64,000 bases of DNA from Sedimentisphaerales bacterium. Lineage in GTDB: Bacteria; Planctomycetota; Phycisphaerae; Sedimentisphaerales; SM23-30. Below, piece after piece: positions 51,352-60,373 of this stretch. Where the stretch lies: NCBI GenBank assembly GCA_963666285.1, contig OY762711.1; one strand, written 5' to 3'. The translations under genes were made by a program, and so were the position numbers. How positions within the stretch are numbered: the first letter of the stretch is position 1; each line of letters begins with the position of its first letter. The notes below the pieces were generated by a model. It worked only from the letters and a program-made list of their open reading frames with translations. It did no database searches and had not been told where the DNA came from.

Positions 51352-52770
51352 CTATTTGTTCAGTTTAATGCGATAGCCAATGAAATTTGCATTGTCATCC
51401 GGGTCCTGAACATCCAGAATTGCCGTATCTCCTTCCAGACGATAGATGAATTCTTCACCAGTGAATGCATTTTCAGGTAACGGTACATTATTTATATCAG
51501 AAAGCCGTTTTGGCAACTGGTCATATTCGGCAACATACATACGTATTGCTTCGACACATTGCATAGCCTGATCGCGAACCTGGAATCTTGCCACAAGAAG
51601 TTTGCATCTATTCAAAGCGGGAAGAAATTCATAGAATATATTTGGGACAGTCATGTAATGACGTTTCCGGTCTAATTCTTTGCTATATTTTTTCATTCTA
51701 TCGCCTATCTGATGATAAGGCACAAAAAGATATTTGAACATATCATCTCGCAAAGGAAGGTATTGCTTCCATTGAGCCAGCATAACTACCTGGGCAGCAG
51801 GCATCATCTCTACCCTGCGAGAGTCGTAGCCATTTGCCAGAAGATAATTTTTGCCCGACACATATCCTGCGGCAACTATCGCAGCTAAAGGGATGTCATC
51901 ATCTACCATCTGCAGCATTTCGCTGAACTTTTTGTTAGCACGCTCAACGGAGAGTATATCAGTTTCCAGATCATCAATACCATCCTTTACCCACAAGCTC
52001 AATTCATATTCAAATGCCTGATGCATATCAATAAATGGTTGAGGCATTACTTTCAGAGCCCAATAGAGATTCGGACTGTCAGGTTGAGATGCGATGTCTT
52101 CGATTATCCTGTAATTTATTGTCGATATTGCAATAGCGACAAGGTCCTGAATGAGAGTTTTGCCCTTGCTTATATCTTCTGCCAGAGCAAAATTATAGCT
52201 GATCATCTCCAAAGCACCATCATAATCGCCGTCAGCTACTTTCACCCGAGCCTCTAAAGCAATAAGTTTAGCAATATTCTTGTAATCAGACAAGCTCGGC
52301 AGCAACATATTTATGCCGTCTTCTATCGGATCCTGCCAGTCGCAGTCGGTTCGATATGCAGCATGTTTTAAGAAGCTAACAGATGAAACGTTGAAAAACT
52401 TCCTGGCATGATCAAGCTGTTTATTCTTAAATTCATAAAATGGCAACTGGACCAATTCCATACAGTCTAATTCACCCTCCTTAAAATTATGATATTCATC
52501 CAGATCGGCTGGAATCATAGCGTTTAACTTATTCCAGTCAACTGCGGCATTGCCGGGAATAAGGTCGATAATAGGAGGCAACAGCCTGTACTGCAGTGCC
52601 GGGACAGGCTCAGAAGCACCGGAAATGGAAATTTCTACATACTTATCAGGTTCTTTTTCACTATCAGTTTTGTCGGTGGCAATAATTGCCTGTCCTGACA
52701 CAGTACTGCCGGCATACATTGCCAAAACCAGCCATAGTAATATTTGTTTGATAATTTTATTCATCATCAT
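51352..52770 (-). CDS. Secreted helical hypothetical protein (ECF-operon associated)
   Basis: Signal peptide; PALQYRLLP..GNAA, CDWQ, EAIRMY..LP..L..VPLP.NAFTGEEFIY; start at one of the MMM codons. Confidence 0.65.
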   Translation of the reverse strand: MMMNKIIKQILLWLVLAMYAGSTVSGQAIIATDKTDSEKEPDKYVEISISGASEPVPALQYRLLPPIIDLIPGNAAVDWNKLNAMIPADLDEYHNFKEGELDCMELVQLPFYEFKNKQLDHARKFFNVSSVSFLKHAAYRTDCDWQDPIEDGINMLLPSLSDYKNIAKLIALEARVKVADGDYDGALEMISYNFALAEDISKGKTLIQDLVAIAISTINYRIIEDIASQPDSPNLYWALKVMPQPFIDMHQAFEYELSLWVKDGIDDLETDILSVERANKKFSEMLQMVDDDIPLAAIVAAGYVSGKNYLLANGYDSRRVEMMPAAQVVMLAQWKQYLPLRDDMFKYLFVPYHQIGDRMKKYSKELDRKRHYMTVPNIFYEFLPALNRCKLLVARFQVRDQAMQCVEAIRMYVAEYDQLPKRLSDINNVPLPENAFTGEEFIYRLEGDTAILDVQDPDDNANFIGYRIKLNK

Positions 52771-52820
52771 TAATCCCTCATAATTTTCACATAAACAGAC
52801 CAAAAGTCAGTTTGTGTAAT

Positions 52821-53255
52821 TTAACTGTTTAGCATATCTTTAAGAGAATACACCTTGCCATTTTTACCAGTAGATTTCGGTAAAACCTCCAAGCCATGGT
52901 CAAATACCTGTCTGCGCAGCAACAGGTACGAGTTTTCATCCAGCTCATTTACTGGACCTGAAACAACATTAGTTTCAAGGTTTGTCTTGTCAAATTCAGA
53001 ATCTGCATTATCCTGTACAACAAGCTTAATATTACCGAATGACATTTCTGGTACAGTCTGAGACCGGTTATTTGCCATATTCACAAAAGCTAGCACCATA
53101 ACCAAAAGTATCATACAGCCGTTGGAAACCTGCCAGATCCTGGTATTTTTGCGACCCTGCCTGAAGCCAGCTTCATAAGCCACCGCTGCGGGATCGAGCC
53201 CCGGTTCAACTGGAGCAAGGTTCATAAGTTTATTTTCAAATTCATTTATATTCAT
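52821..53255 (-). CDS. Probable membrane anti-sigma factor
   Basis: Directly downstream of ECF sigma; FE..L..L.P N-terminus, AYEAG, single TM. Confidence 0.6.
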   Translation of the reverse strand: MNINEFENKLMNLAPVEPGLDPAAVAYEAGFRQGRKNTRIWQVSNGCMILLVMVLAFVNMANNRSQTVPEMSFGNIKLVVQDNADSEFDKTNLETNVVSGPVNELDENSYLLLRRQVFDHGLEVLPKSTGKNGKVYSLKDMLNS

Positions 53256-53261
53256 GGCAAT

Positions 53262-53744
53262 TCACTCCAATCTATCTTTAAGAGCTTTAATAGCCCTGTT
53301 ATATCTATTGTGCAGGGTTGAGGTTGCTATGCCGGTTATTTCTGAAATTTGCTCAAAGCCCATCTGGCCCCAAAGCCTAAGGGTAACAACTTCGCGAAGT
53401 TCGGTATCAAGTTCAAATAAAGCTTTTTGGACTATTTCGGCGTCCAGCTGATTATCGGTATCCGGCTGAAACCATAATTTACCGTCAACTTTTAGCTTTT
53501 GGACCGCTTTATCTCTGACCTGCTTTTTTCGCAGACGACTGATACAATCGTTTCTAACCGTACGATACAGCCATGCCTTAATATTAACCGGCATATTTTT
53601 CTGGCTGATCAGCTTTACAAACGCTTCCTGAACAACATCTTCGGCATAATTTCCGAGCCATTGCCGGGCGTACAGACACAACCCGGCTGAATATTCGGTA
53701 AAATATTGCTGAATATGTGATGTCCTGGAGGGCAGTCTGTCCAT
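53262..53744 (-). CDS. ECF RNA polymerase sigma factor
   Basis: AEDVVQEAF, AWLYRTVRN (region 2); REVVTLRLW..MGFEQISE (region 4). Confidence 0.9.
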   Translation of the reverse strand: MDRLPSRTSHIQQYFTEYSAGLCLYARQWLGNYAEDVVQEAFVKLISQKNMPVNIKAWLYRTVRNDCISRLRKKQVRDKAVQKLKVDGKLWFQPDTDNQLDAEIVQKALFELDTELREVVTLRLWGQMGFEQISEITGIATSTLHNRYNRAIKALKDRLE

Positions 53745-53890
53745 AAAGTCTTTCTTGCTATAGCATTACGCAACAGGTACATTTTTATTATTATACCTGC
53801 TACATATATAAGACGCATGAAGAATGGTTTTTTCCAATAGAAAATGAGAAAAACAAAAATAATACTATTTAAAATTATGGTCAATAAATA

Positions 53891-55813
53891 TTATTTCAAA
53901 AATCTAGTATTACCCGAGCGGCGTGTGACACCGATTTTGTCCATATAATCAAGTATCGGCAAGGCATATTTGCGAGTTGTATCGAGCAGATATTTCATCT
54001 TAACGCTTTCGAGCCTACCCTGCCCTTCCCCGTTGACATGATCGATAATTCTGCGTTTGGCCTCTTCAATTGCTTCACTATGGAAATAAACCTTCCGTTC
54101 AACCTCAATAATTATTTTCTGCTCGGTGAGAATAGCAATGGTTTTATCATATTCACTTTGAGATGCATTAACCATGCTGCGGATGTCATCCGGATTTGGC
54201 GGAGAGAACAGGTTGTCTTTATAGACAGCTTCAACTTTATCCAGTAAAGCCTGCTGGGCCGGGTCATACTGTTCCTGGTGAGACGTCAGGGCAAACAGTT
54301 GATTTTTCAATAGCAGTTTACCTTCACTAATAGCAAGTTTTACAACTGCATCAAAAAGCGTTTTCTCCAGATCGCTCTGCTGCAGCAGAAGATCACGCTC
54401 CATGCCCAGTCGATCAGGCATTTGTTTGTGAAAGACCTCTAGTTTGCCATAAATATACTCAAGAACATCGTTATACACCTGAGCATGAAGATATTGTTCG
54501 TTAGCAACCTGGATAACAGTATTGCTTTCGACAAACCTGGCCAGAATATTCTTTACAGAATCGGGTTCCAGCTTGGTCCGCAATGCGATCTGCCTGATTG
54601 ACAAAACAGACCATGGATCATCTTTCAGGCAATATTCGATAAAAGACCTATTCTCGCATACTGCATTTGCCCAGCATTTTATTGCATCGATTGAAGATAT
54701 CCTGCTGCGTTTTAGTTTTTTCGGCAGTGGTTCTATGACAGTACCACCACCAACGGTCTGGACCGGACCGGTAGAACGCAAGATAAACCTGTCATTGGGA
54801 CCGGCAACTATTGGCTGATCAGCTAATAGCTGTACAAATACTTCCTGACCGGCAAGAGCGACAGTGTCTTCTAAAAGATATATCTTGGCGGTTACCTCAC
54901 TGGTACCTGTGTGAAACTTCATACGTTTGCCATGTTTGACAACAAGACCATCCAAATTAAGAATCTTTAGAGAACATAAAAACCACTCAGAAGGTTCAAA
55001 ATATTCACCTTTTGTAAGTACATTACCACGCTCGATATCGTTGAAATCCAGCTGCGGCAGGTTTAAGGCGGCACACTGGCCGGAACGGACAGTATCATCA
55101 TCACGACCATAGACCTGGATAGCCTTGATACGGCTTTTTGTGCCTTTTGGCAAAAGAGTAACCTCATCGCCAACTCTGGCAGAACCACTTACAGGGATGC
55201 CGCTAATAACATTACCAAAGCCTTTAACCGAGAAGAATTTTTCAACCGGCTGGCGAAATACGCCTTCTGTGCTTTTGGGCTCAATACTCTTTATCAGGGA
55301 TTTGAGAGAATCATAAAAGAAATCAAAGCCATCGCCCGTGATATTTGACATCGGGCAGATATCTGCACCCGCCAGAAAGGTATCTTTGAGATAATCTTTG
55401 AGTTCGGATATCACCTGCTCAACTCTTTCCGGAGAGACAATATCGGTTTTGGTAAGAGCTACCATGCCATGTTTGACACCAAGCAGGGTAAGAATATTGA
55501 GATGTTCCCGCGTCTGGGGCATTATACTATCATCAGCAGCAACAACAAAGATAACACCATCAATACCGGAAGCTCCGGCTACCATGGTCTTAATAAAATT
55601 TTCATGGCCGGGAACATCCACTATACCAACTTCAAGATCGCCTAGCCGACAAGGGGCAAAGCCAAGCTCTATGCTCATACCGCGTTCTTTTTCCTGCTTG
55701 AGCCGGTCGGTTTCGCAACCGGTAAGAAGCCTGATAAGTGCAGTTTTGCCGTGGTCAATATGACCGGCAGTACCTAGCGTTATATTTATTTGAGATGCCT
55801 GTTTATCGTTCAT
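53891..55813 (-). CDS. selB: Selenocysteine-specific elongation factor SelB
   Basis: GTAGHIDHGKT, EKERGMSIELGF, DVPGHENF, TKTD; C-terminal winged helices ending TTRKYALPILDYMD..GVTRR. Confidence 0.97.
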   Translation of the reverse strand: MNDKQASQINITLGTAGHIDHGKTALIRLLTGCETDRLKQEKERGMSIELGFAPCRLGDLEVGIVDVPGHENFIKTMVAGASGIDGVIFVVAADDSIMPQTREHLNILTLLGVKHGMVALTKTDIVSPERVEQVISELKDYLKDTFLAGADICPMSNITGDGFDFFYDSLKSLIKSIEPKSTEGVFRQPVEKFFSVKGFGNVISGIPVSGSARVGDEVTLLPKGTKSRIKAIQVYGRDDDTVRSGQCAALNLPQLDFNDIERGNVLTKGEYFEPSEWFLCSLKILNLDGLVVKHGKRMKFHTGTSEVTAKIYLLEDTVALAGQEVFVQLLADQPIVAGPNDRFILRSTGPVQTVGGGTVIEPLPKKLKRSRISSIDAIKCWANAVCENRSFIEYCLKDDPWSVLSIRQIALRTKLEPDSVKNILARFVESNTVIQVANEQYLHAQVYNDVLEYIYGKLEVFHKQMPDRLGMERDLLLQQSDLEKTLFDAVVKLAISEGKLLLKNQLFALTSHQEQYDPAQQALLDKVEAVYKDNLFSPPNPDDIRSMVNASQSEYDKTIAILTEQKIIIEVERKVYFHSEAIEEAKRRIIDHVNGEGQGRLESVKMKYLLDTTRKYALPILDYMDKIGVTRRSGNTRFLK

Positions 55814-55823
55814 TCTTATTGTT

Positions 55824-57224
55824 TTAACCCAAAATTTCAGTTAAAGCTTCAACTACTATCTTTGCATCCCCCTCCAGCAAAGACCTGGGATCCAGCAGTA
55901 TTTTATCTTCCTGGATACGGGTAAATATCGGAGTACTATAATGCCTGAGTCTGTTTGCAATTATAACACTACTAATCTTATTACTAAATATTGTCACTAA
56001 CCTGGTTTTGAGGTTCTGAGTCGGAAGAGAGCCGCTACCTGTTTGAGAAAATCCATCGACGCTCTCAATTTCAGCATCTAACTTTGCCTTACGCAGTTTT
56101 GATGCAATTTTTGCCGCTTCGCTTTTGATAGAATCGTACGACCGCAGCATCATCCGCAAGGTTGGAACCTGCTGTAGTGCCTTTTCTTCATTCATAAACA
56201 ACCTCAAAGTTGCTTCCAGGGCAGCAAGAGTCATTTTATCTACTCTAACTATGCGGGCAAACTGGTTCTTTTTGACCTTTTTAACCAGATCAGCCCTGCC
56301 GAGAATAATCCCGGCCTGGGAAGCACCGATAAGCTTGTCACCACTGGAACAGAGAATATCGGCACCATCGGCAATAGATTCGGCAAGAGTTGGCTCTTTG
56401 GCAAAACCATATTTTGAGAAATCAACCAGCGAACCTGCACCAACATCATCAAAAGCAATAAGGCCATTGGCATGAGCCAGATCAACAATCGGTTTAAGCG
56501 GTACTTCACTGCTGAATCCCTGGATTTTGTAATTGCTCGGATGAACTCGCAGAATAGCGGCGGTTTCTTCTGAAATAGCATTTTCATAATCACGCAAATG
56601 GGTTTTATTGGTAGTACCAACTTCGACCAGTTTTGCCCCGCTGAACGCCATTACATCCGGCAATCTGAAAGAACCGCCAATTTCGACAAGCTGACCGCGT
56701 GAAACTATAACCTCTTTGCCCTCGGCGATGGTATTTAATACCAGTGCAGTTGCTGCGGCATTGTTATTTACAATCGTAGCCGCTTCGGCACCGGTAAGAA
56801 TAGAAAACATCTTTTCTATATGGTTGTCGCGACTACTGCGTTTTCCATCTTCGATACCAAGCTGCAGCAGTGAATAGCCGCTGAGTTCGCTTTTTATCTG
56901 ATCTACAGCCGCGTCAGGCAATACCGCCCTGCCAAGCCCGGTATGAAGTACTATCCCGGCAGCATTAATAACCTTGCGATAGAAAGGACTTACCAGTGAA
57001 CCAAGTTCAGATTGAATATCGCCTACAACAGCATCTCTAATATCAAGCACATCCTTTGAGCAGCTGCCGGCTAATATCTCCTTGCGTTTTTCTTCAATAA
57101 CAGAACGACAAACCTTCGTTAATATTGCCTGAGAAAACGATTCCTTGTAAGAATCCGGCAATAGCTGACAGACAGAATCCACCGAAGGTATCTGCCTTAA
57201 CATTTCCTGCTGAGAAGCATCCAT
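55824..57224 (-). CDS. selA: L-seryl-tRNA(Sec) selenium transferase
   Basis: VINAAGIVLHTGLGRA, NNNAAA, SRGQLVEIGGSFR, EVGTTNKTH, VHPSNY, SGDKLIG (PLP Lys). Confidence 0.97.
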   Translation of the reverse strand: MDASQQEMLRQIPSVDSVCQLLPDSYKESFSQAILTKVCRSVIEEKRKEILAGSCSKDVLDIRDAVVGDIQSELGSLVSPFYRKVINAAGIVLHTGLGRAVLPDAAVDQIKSELSGYSLLQLGIEDGKRSSRDNHIEKMFSILTGAEAATIVNNNAAATALVLNTIAEGKEVIVSRGQLVEIGGSFRLPDVMAFSGAKLVEVGTTNKTHLRDYENAISEETAAILRVHPSNYKIQGFSSEVPLKPIVDLAHANGLIAFDDVGAGSLVDFSKYGFAKEPTLAESIADGADILCSSGDKLIGASQAGIILGRADLVKKVKKNQFARIVRVDKMTLAALEATLRLFMNEEKALQQVPTLRMMLRSYDSIKSEAAKIASKLRKAKLDAEIESVDGFSQTGSGSLPTQNLKTRLVTIFSNKISSVIIANRLRHYSTPIFTRIQEDKILLDPRSLLEGDAKIVVEALTEILG

Positions 57225-57248
57225 ATAAGTATCTTTCTAAAAAACGGG

Positions 57249-57785
57249 TTATTTGATTTCAACCCATTCTTCTTTCTTTTCAACTTTGAACGGGCCTAGA
57301 TCAGCATCTAAAACAACTTTTACTTTGCCGCTGAAATTATTAGGAGCTCGCCACGAACTCCGGCATGTGCCGCCTCAGCCAAAGGTAAAATCGCCAGAAC
57401 CGAGCAGTTTTTCCTGTTCATCATAAATCTTATATGATGGAGCATTCTGCATACTACCATTTCTTTCTGCTGCAGGTAAATAGGTTTCGCCGGCATTTCC
57501 CTCTAAAACAGCCCCCAGGTATAAAGTTCGACCGCTGACGGTAACATCTGCCCTGGCAACCAGCGGCTCACCAGGTTTTGAATCATTTTTCCAAGGGGAA
57601 GTTGATATTGAAAGCTCCCATATATTGCCCTGATCATCTTTTACAGATAGCCCAGAGTCTGAGATAACTTTAGCTGACGGATTCATAAACATAAAAAAGA
57701 GGAAAAGACCAATAATTACAAAACCAACAATAAAAATGCCTTTAGGCCCGGATTTATTCATTTCTTCAAAACTTTTTTCTGTCAT
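57249..57785 (-). CDS. Candidate membrane-anchored selenoprotein (178 aa, Sec137 in FG-U-GGTC)
   Basis: ATG 57785 after GGAGAG; TM GIFIVGFVIIGLFLFFMFM; TGA 57375-57377 followed by 41 open codons GGTCRSSWRAPNNFSGKVKVVLDADLGPFKVEKKEEWVEIK to TAA 57249-57251; SECIS-like hairpin; heads selAB. Confidence 0.85.
57343..57361 (-). promoter_or_regulatory. SECIS-like hairpin 1
   Basis: GGAGUUCG-UGG-CGAGCUCC, 8-bp stem starting 13 nt after the UGA. Confidence 0.8.
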
Positions 57786-58133
57786 AGAACTCTCCAGTGT
57801 TAATTTGACGCAAAACAATACTAAATATCAAAACGACAAGGCTATACTATAACTAATAAATGCACTAATTTGTATCAAAAACCTTGAAAAATGATTTCAT
57901 CTGTTATAAATCTGCTTATATTCTCATAAGAAAAGTAGTAATATAAATTTAATTAGTCAAACCACACAACCAAACTACCATAACATCCTATATTAACAAA
58001 GGTTACAGTTTAACAACCTTTTAAGTGCCTTTGTTTTATATACCGAAATATCTTGCAATTATTTTGGGATTATGGCATGATATATGAAGTTATTGTCTCG
58101 GCATATTAGAAATTGCTTTTTACAGGAAATTGA

Positions 58134-58271
58134 ATGAACAGCTATCAATATATACGATTAATGCACTCCGGAAAACAGGAGTATGGCTGAGTTGTTTCCT
58201 GTCGATACTCGTGTCGAGTGTCAGAAAGCAATTCTATCTTTAAATGTTTCATACAGCTTCATTTTATTTAA
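58134..58271 (+). CDS. Candidate Sec-containing leader peptide (45 aa, MNSYQYIRLMHSGKQEYG-U-VVSCRYSCRVSESNSIFKCFIQLHFI); not in ORF track
   Basis: AGGA upstream of ATG 58134 (alternative ATG 58161); TGA 58188-58190; TAA 58269-58271; motif homologous to the 57249-57785 protein; SECIS-like hairpin at the same spacing. Confidence 0.65.
58204..58222 (+). promoter_or_regulatory. SECIS-like hairpin 2
   Basis: GAUACUCG-UGU-CGAGUGUC, 8-bp stem starting 13 nt after UGA 58188-58190; same UCG-UGN-CGA apex as hairpin 1. Confidence 0.72.
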
Positions 58272-58325
58272 TAGAATCGTTAATGACACCAATAATATTG
58301 GTCAAAACCAAATAAAGAGCATATC

Positions 58326-58361
58326 GGCAGACTGGAATTTATCGTCTGCCTTTTCTATTTT
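58326..58361 (+). terminator. Terminator-like hairpin in the leader of the ABC-selD-selC operon
   Basis: GGCAGAC-11 nt-GTCTGCC followed by TTTTCTATTTT, ending about 30 nt before the binding-protein start. Confidence 0.55.
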
Positions 58362-58389
58362 AAATGGGAACATTGCCGAAAGGGAAAAT

Positions 58390-59520
58390 ATGAAAAATCT
58401 TCTACTTGCACTAATCGTTATAACAGCAGCGATAACCGGCTGCGAAAAAAAGGAAACCACATCCAGCGATAATACCACAAATCAAACACCATCAAAAGCA
58501 GTAACATTAAAAGTTGGGCATGTCGGCCACGACCACCACCTGGCATTGTATATGGCATGTGATTACGCTGATGAACTAAGTATAAATGGCGTCAGACTGG
58601 AGAAAGTTGAGGACATGAAATATTATACACTCTATAAAAACGAGACCAAACTTGCAGACGTGGAAATTGTAAAAGTTGGCGGCGGAGCCAAGATGCCTAC
58701 CGCACTGGCACAGGATGTCATAGATATTGGATTTGGCGGAGTTGCACCGGTTATTGCAGCAGTTGATAAAAACGCACCTGTAAAATTAATCAGCCCACTA
58801 CACTCCAAGGGTGATATGTTTGTGATGAAAACCGACTCCGAGGTAAACAATTGGGACGATTTTATTAAAATGGCAAAAGAAACCAAAACACCTATCAGAA
58901 TAGGATACAAAAGTCCATCAGCAGTCGCCAAGTTAATCTTTGAAGATGCTCTAAGTAATGCAGGGATCTCTTTTGGACAGGACCCTGCCCAGACCGATAT
59001 TAATGTGTTAATGGTTAATACCAAAGGCGGCGGCAAACTGAATGTTGCCCTGGAAAGCAATATTATTGATGGTTATGCAGGAAATAACCCATTCCCTGCT
59101 ATTGCCGTTAATAAGAAAATGGGAAAAGTAATTGCCGACCTGGAAGACCTTCCGCCTGGAAACTTCAAGAACCATCCATGCTGCTGCATTGCAGCTAACG
59201 ATAAGGCCCTGGCGGAAAAAACTGAAGCTATCGAGGCAATGCTGACACTATTCAAAAAGGCAACCGATTTAATCAACAACGACCTGAATAAATCAGTTGC
59301 AGCTGCGACGCACTGGATTGGTACATCTGAAGAAGTCGAAAAGATGAGTATTCCGACCAGCGGATACAGTATGCAGGTCACTGAGGATTGGCAGGCGACC
59401 ATGGATAAATGGTTCGAGGCTATGAAGGCTCTTGACACCTATCAAGGTGAACTAAAGGACATACCTGCTAAACAGGCCTGTGATAAAGTATACGATATGT
59501 CAATTTTGAAAAAGATATAA
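58390..59520 (+). CDS. ABC transporter substrate-binding lipoprotein (NitT/TauT family) with GHDHH and HPCCC motifs
   Basis: Lipobox AAITGC from ATG 58390 after AGGGA; LKVGHVGHDHHLAL; IDIGFGGVAP; HPCCCI. Confidence 0.88.
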   Translation: MKNLLLALIVITAAITGCEKKETTSSDNTTNQTPSKAVTLKVGHVGHDHHLALYMACDYADELSINGVRLEKVEDMKYYTLYKNETKLADVEIVKVGGGAKMPTALAQDVIDIGFGGVAPVIAAVDKNAPVKLISPLHSKGDMFVMKTDSEVNNWDDFIKMAKETKTPIRIGYKSPSAVAKLIFEDALSNAGISFGQDPAQTDINVLMVNTKGGGKLNVALESNIIDGYAGNNPFPAIAVNKKMGKVIADLEDLPPGNFKNHPCCCIAANDKALAEKTEAIEAMLTLFKKATDLINNDLNKSVAAATHWIGTSEEVEKMSIPTSGYSMQVTEDWQATMDKWFEAMKALDTYQGELKDIPAKQACDKVYDMSILKKI

Positions 59521-59533
59521 ACAGCTATAAATA

Positions 59534-60373
59534 ATGAACAATCCAAAGATAAGAAAATCAAATATCATCGGCTGGCTGATTATGCCAATAGTGCTGCTGG
59601 GAATATGGCAATTACTAGCGGTTAAACTTAACCAGCCATGGCTGATACCTGCACCGGTAAAGATAATAGAACAGTTGACCCACCCACTGCGAATTCATTT
59701 TTCGTCCGGGTCACTTTTTAGCAATACAATTATCAGCCTTCTGAGAGTATTTATCGGTTTTGCGCTAGCAGCTATTATCGGAGTTTCAGCAGGATTACTG
59801 CTGGGTTCGATCCGGCCGCTTAGACAATGGTTTGAACCAACAATAGAGATTATCAGGCCGTTATGCCCAATTGCCTGGCTGCCGTTTGCGATTGCGGTAT
59901 TCAAACTGAACACTCTGCCTAATCTTTTTGGTATCAGGTTTACTCATACCATACTGGACCAGGTACAGCTGGGTATGATATTTGTAATTTTTATCGGCGG
60001 ATTCTTTCCGATCTTCACTAACACTATGGATGGAGTAATAGGAGTGAGAAAGAATTTTGTCAGGCTGGCCCAGACACTTGGCGCAACCAGAGTCCAGGTA
60101 TTCCTGCAAATATATCTACCTTCTGCTATGCCTCAAATTCTTACCGGATTGCGACAGGGACTCGGCTTGTGCTGGTTTGTTATTATTGCAGCCGAAATGA
60201 TGGTTGGCTCTGATACAGGCATAGGCTATTTACTGATGTATGCCGCAGATAACTCGGCAATGGATATCGTGATATCATGCATGATTATCATAGGTGTGAT
60301 CGGCGCTGTAATGAGTACTGCTATGCGTATACTGATACACAAAAAGGTTGCATGGAAAGGAAAAGAGTTTTAA
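59534..60373 (+). CDS. ABC transporter permease (NitT/TauT, SsuC-like)
   Basis: SLLRVFIGF, RPLCPIAWLP, AQTLGA (EAA region), IAAEMM..GIGYL. Confidence 0.92.
   Translation: MNNPKIRKSNIIGWLIMPIVLLGIWQLLAVKLNQPWLIPAPVKIIEQLTHPLRIHFSSGSLFSNTIISLLRVFIGFALAAIIGVSAGLLLGSIRPLRQWFEPTIEIIRPLCPIAWLPFAIAVFKLNTLPNLFGIRFTHTILDQVQLGMIFVIFIGGFFPIFTNTMDGVIGVRKNFVRLAQTLGATRVQVFLQIYLPSAMPQILTGLRQGLGLCWFVIIAAEMMVGSDTGIGYLLMYAADNSAMDIVISCMIIIGVIGAVMSTAMRILIHKKVAWKGKEF

Noticed and set aside
53253..53264. The ECF sigma TGA stop is in frame with the anti-sigma ATG two codons later, suggesting a Sec read-through fusion
   Set aside because: Downstream sequence is AT-rich with no hairpin at +13 and no nearby Cys; a GGAG RBS overlaps the stop, so ordinary translational coupling explains it.
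58183..58389. 69-aa N-terminal extension of the binding protein given in the ORF track
   Set aside because: The lipoprotein signal and RBS fit ATG 58390; the extension spans the UGA leader ORF (another frame) and the terminator hairpin.
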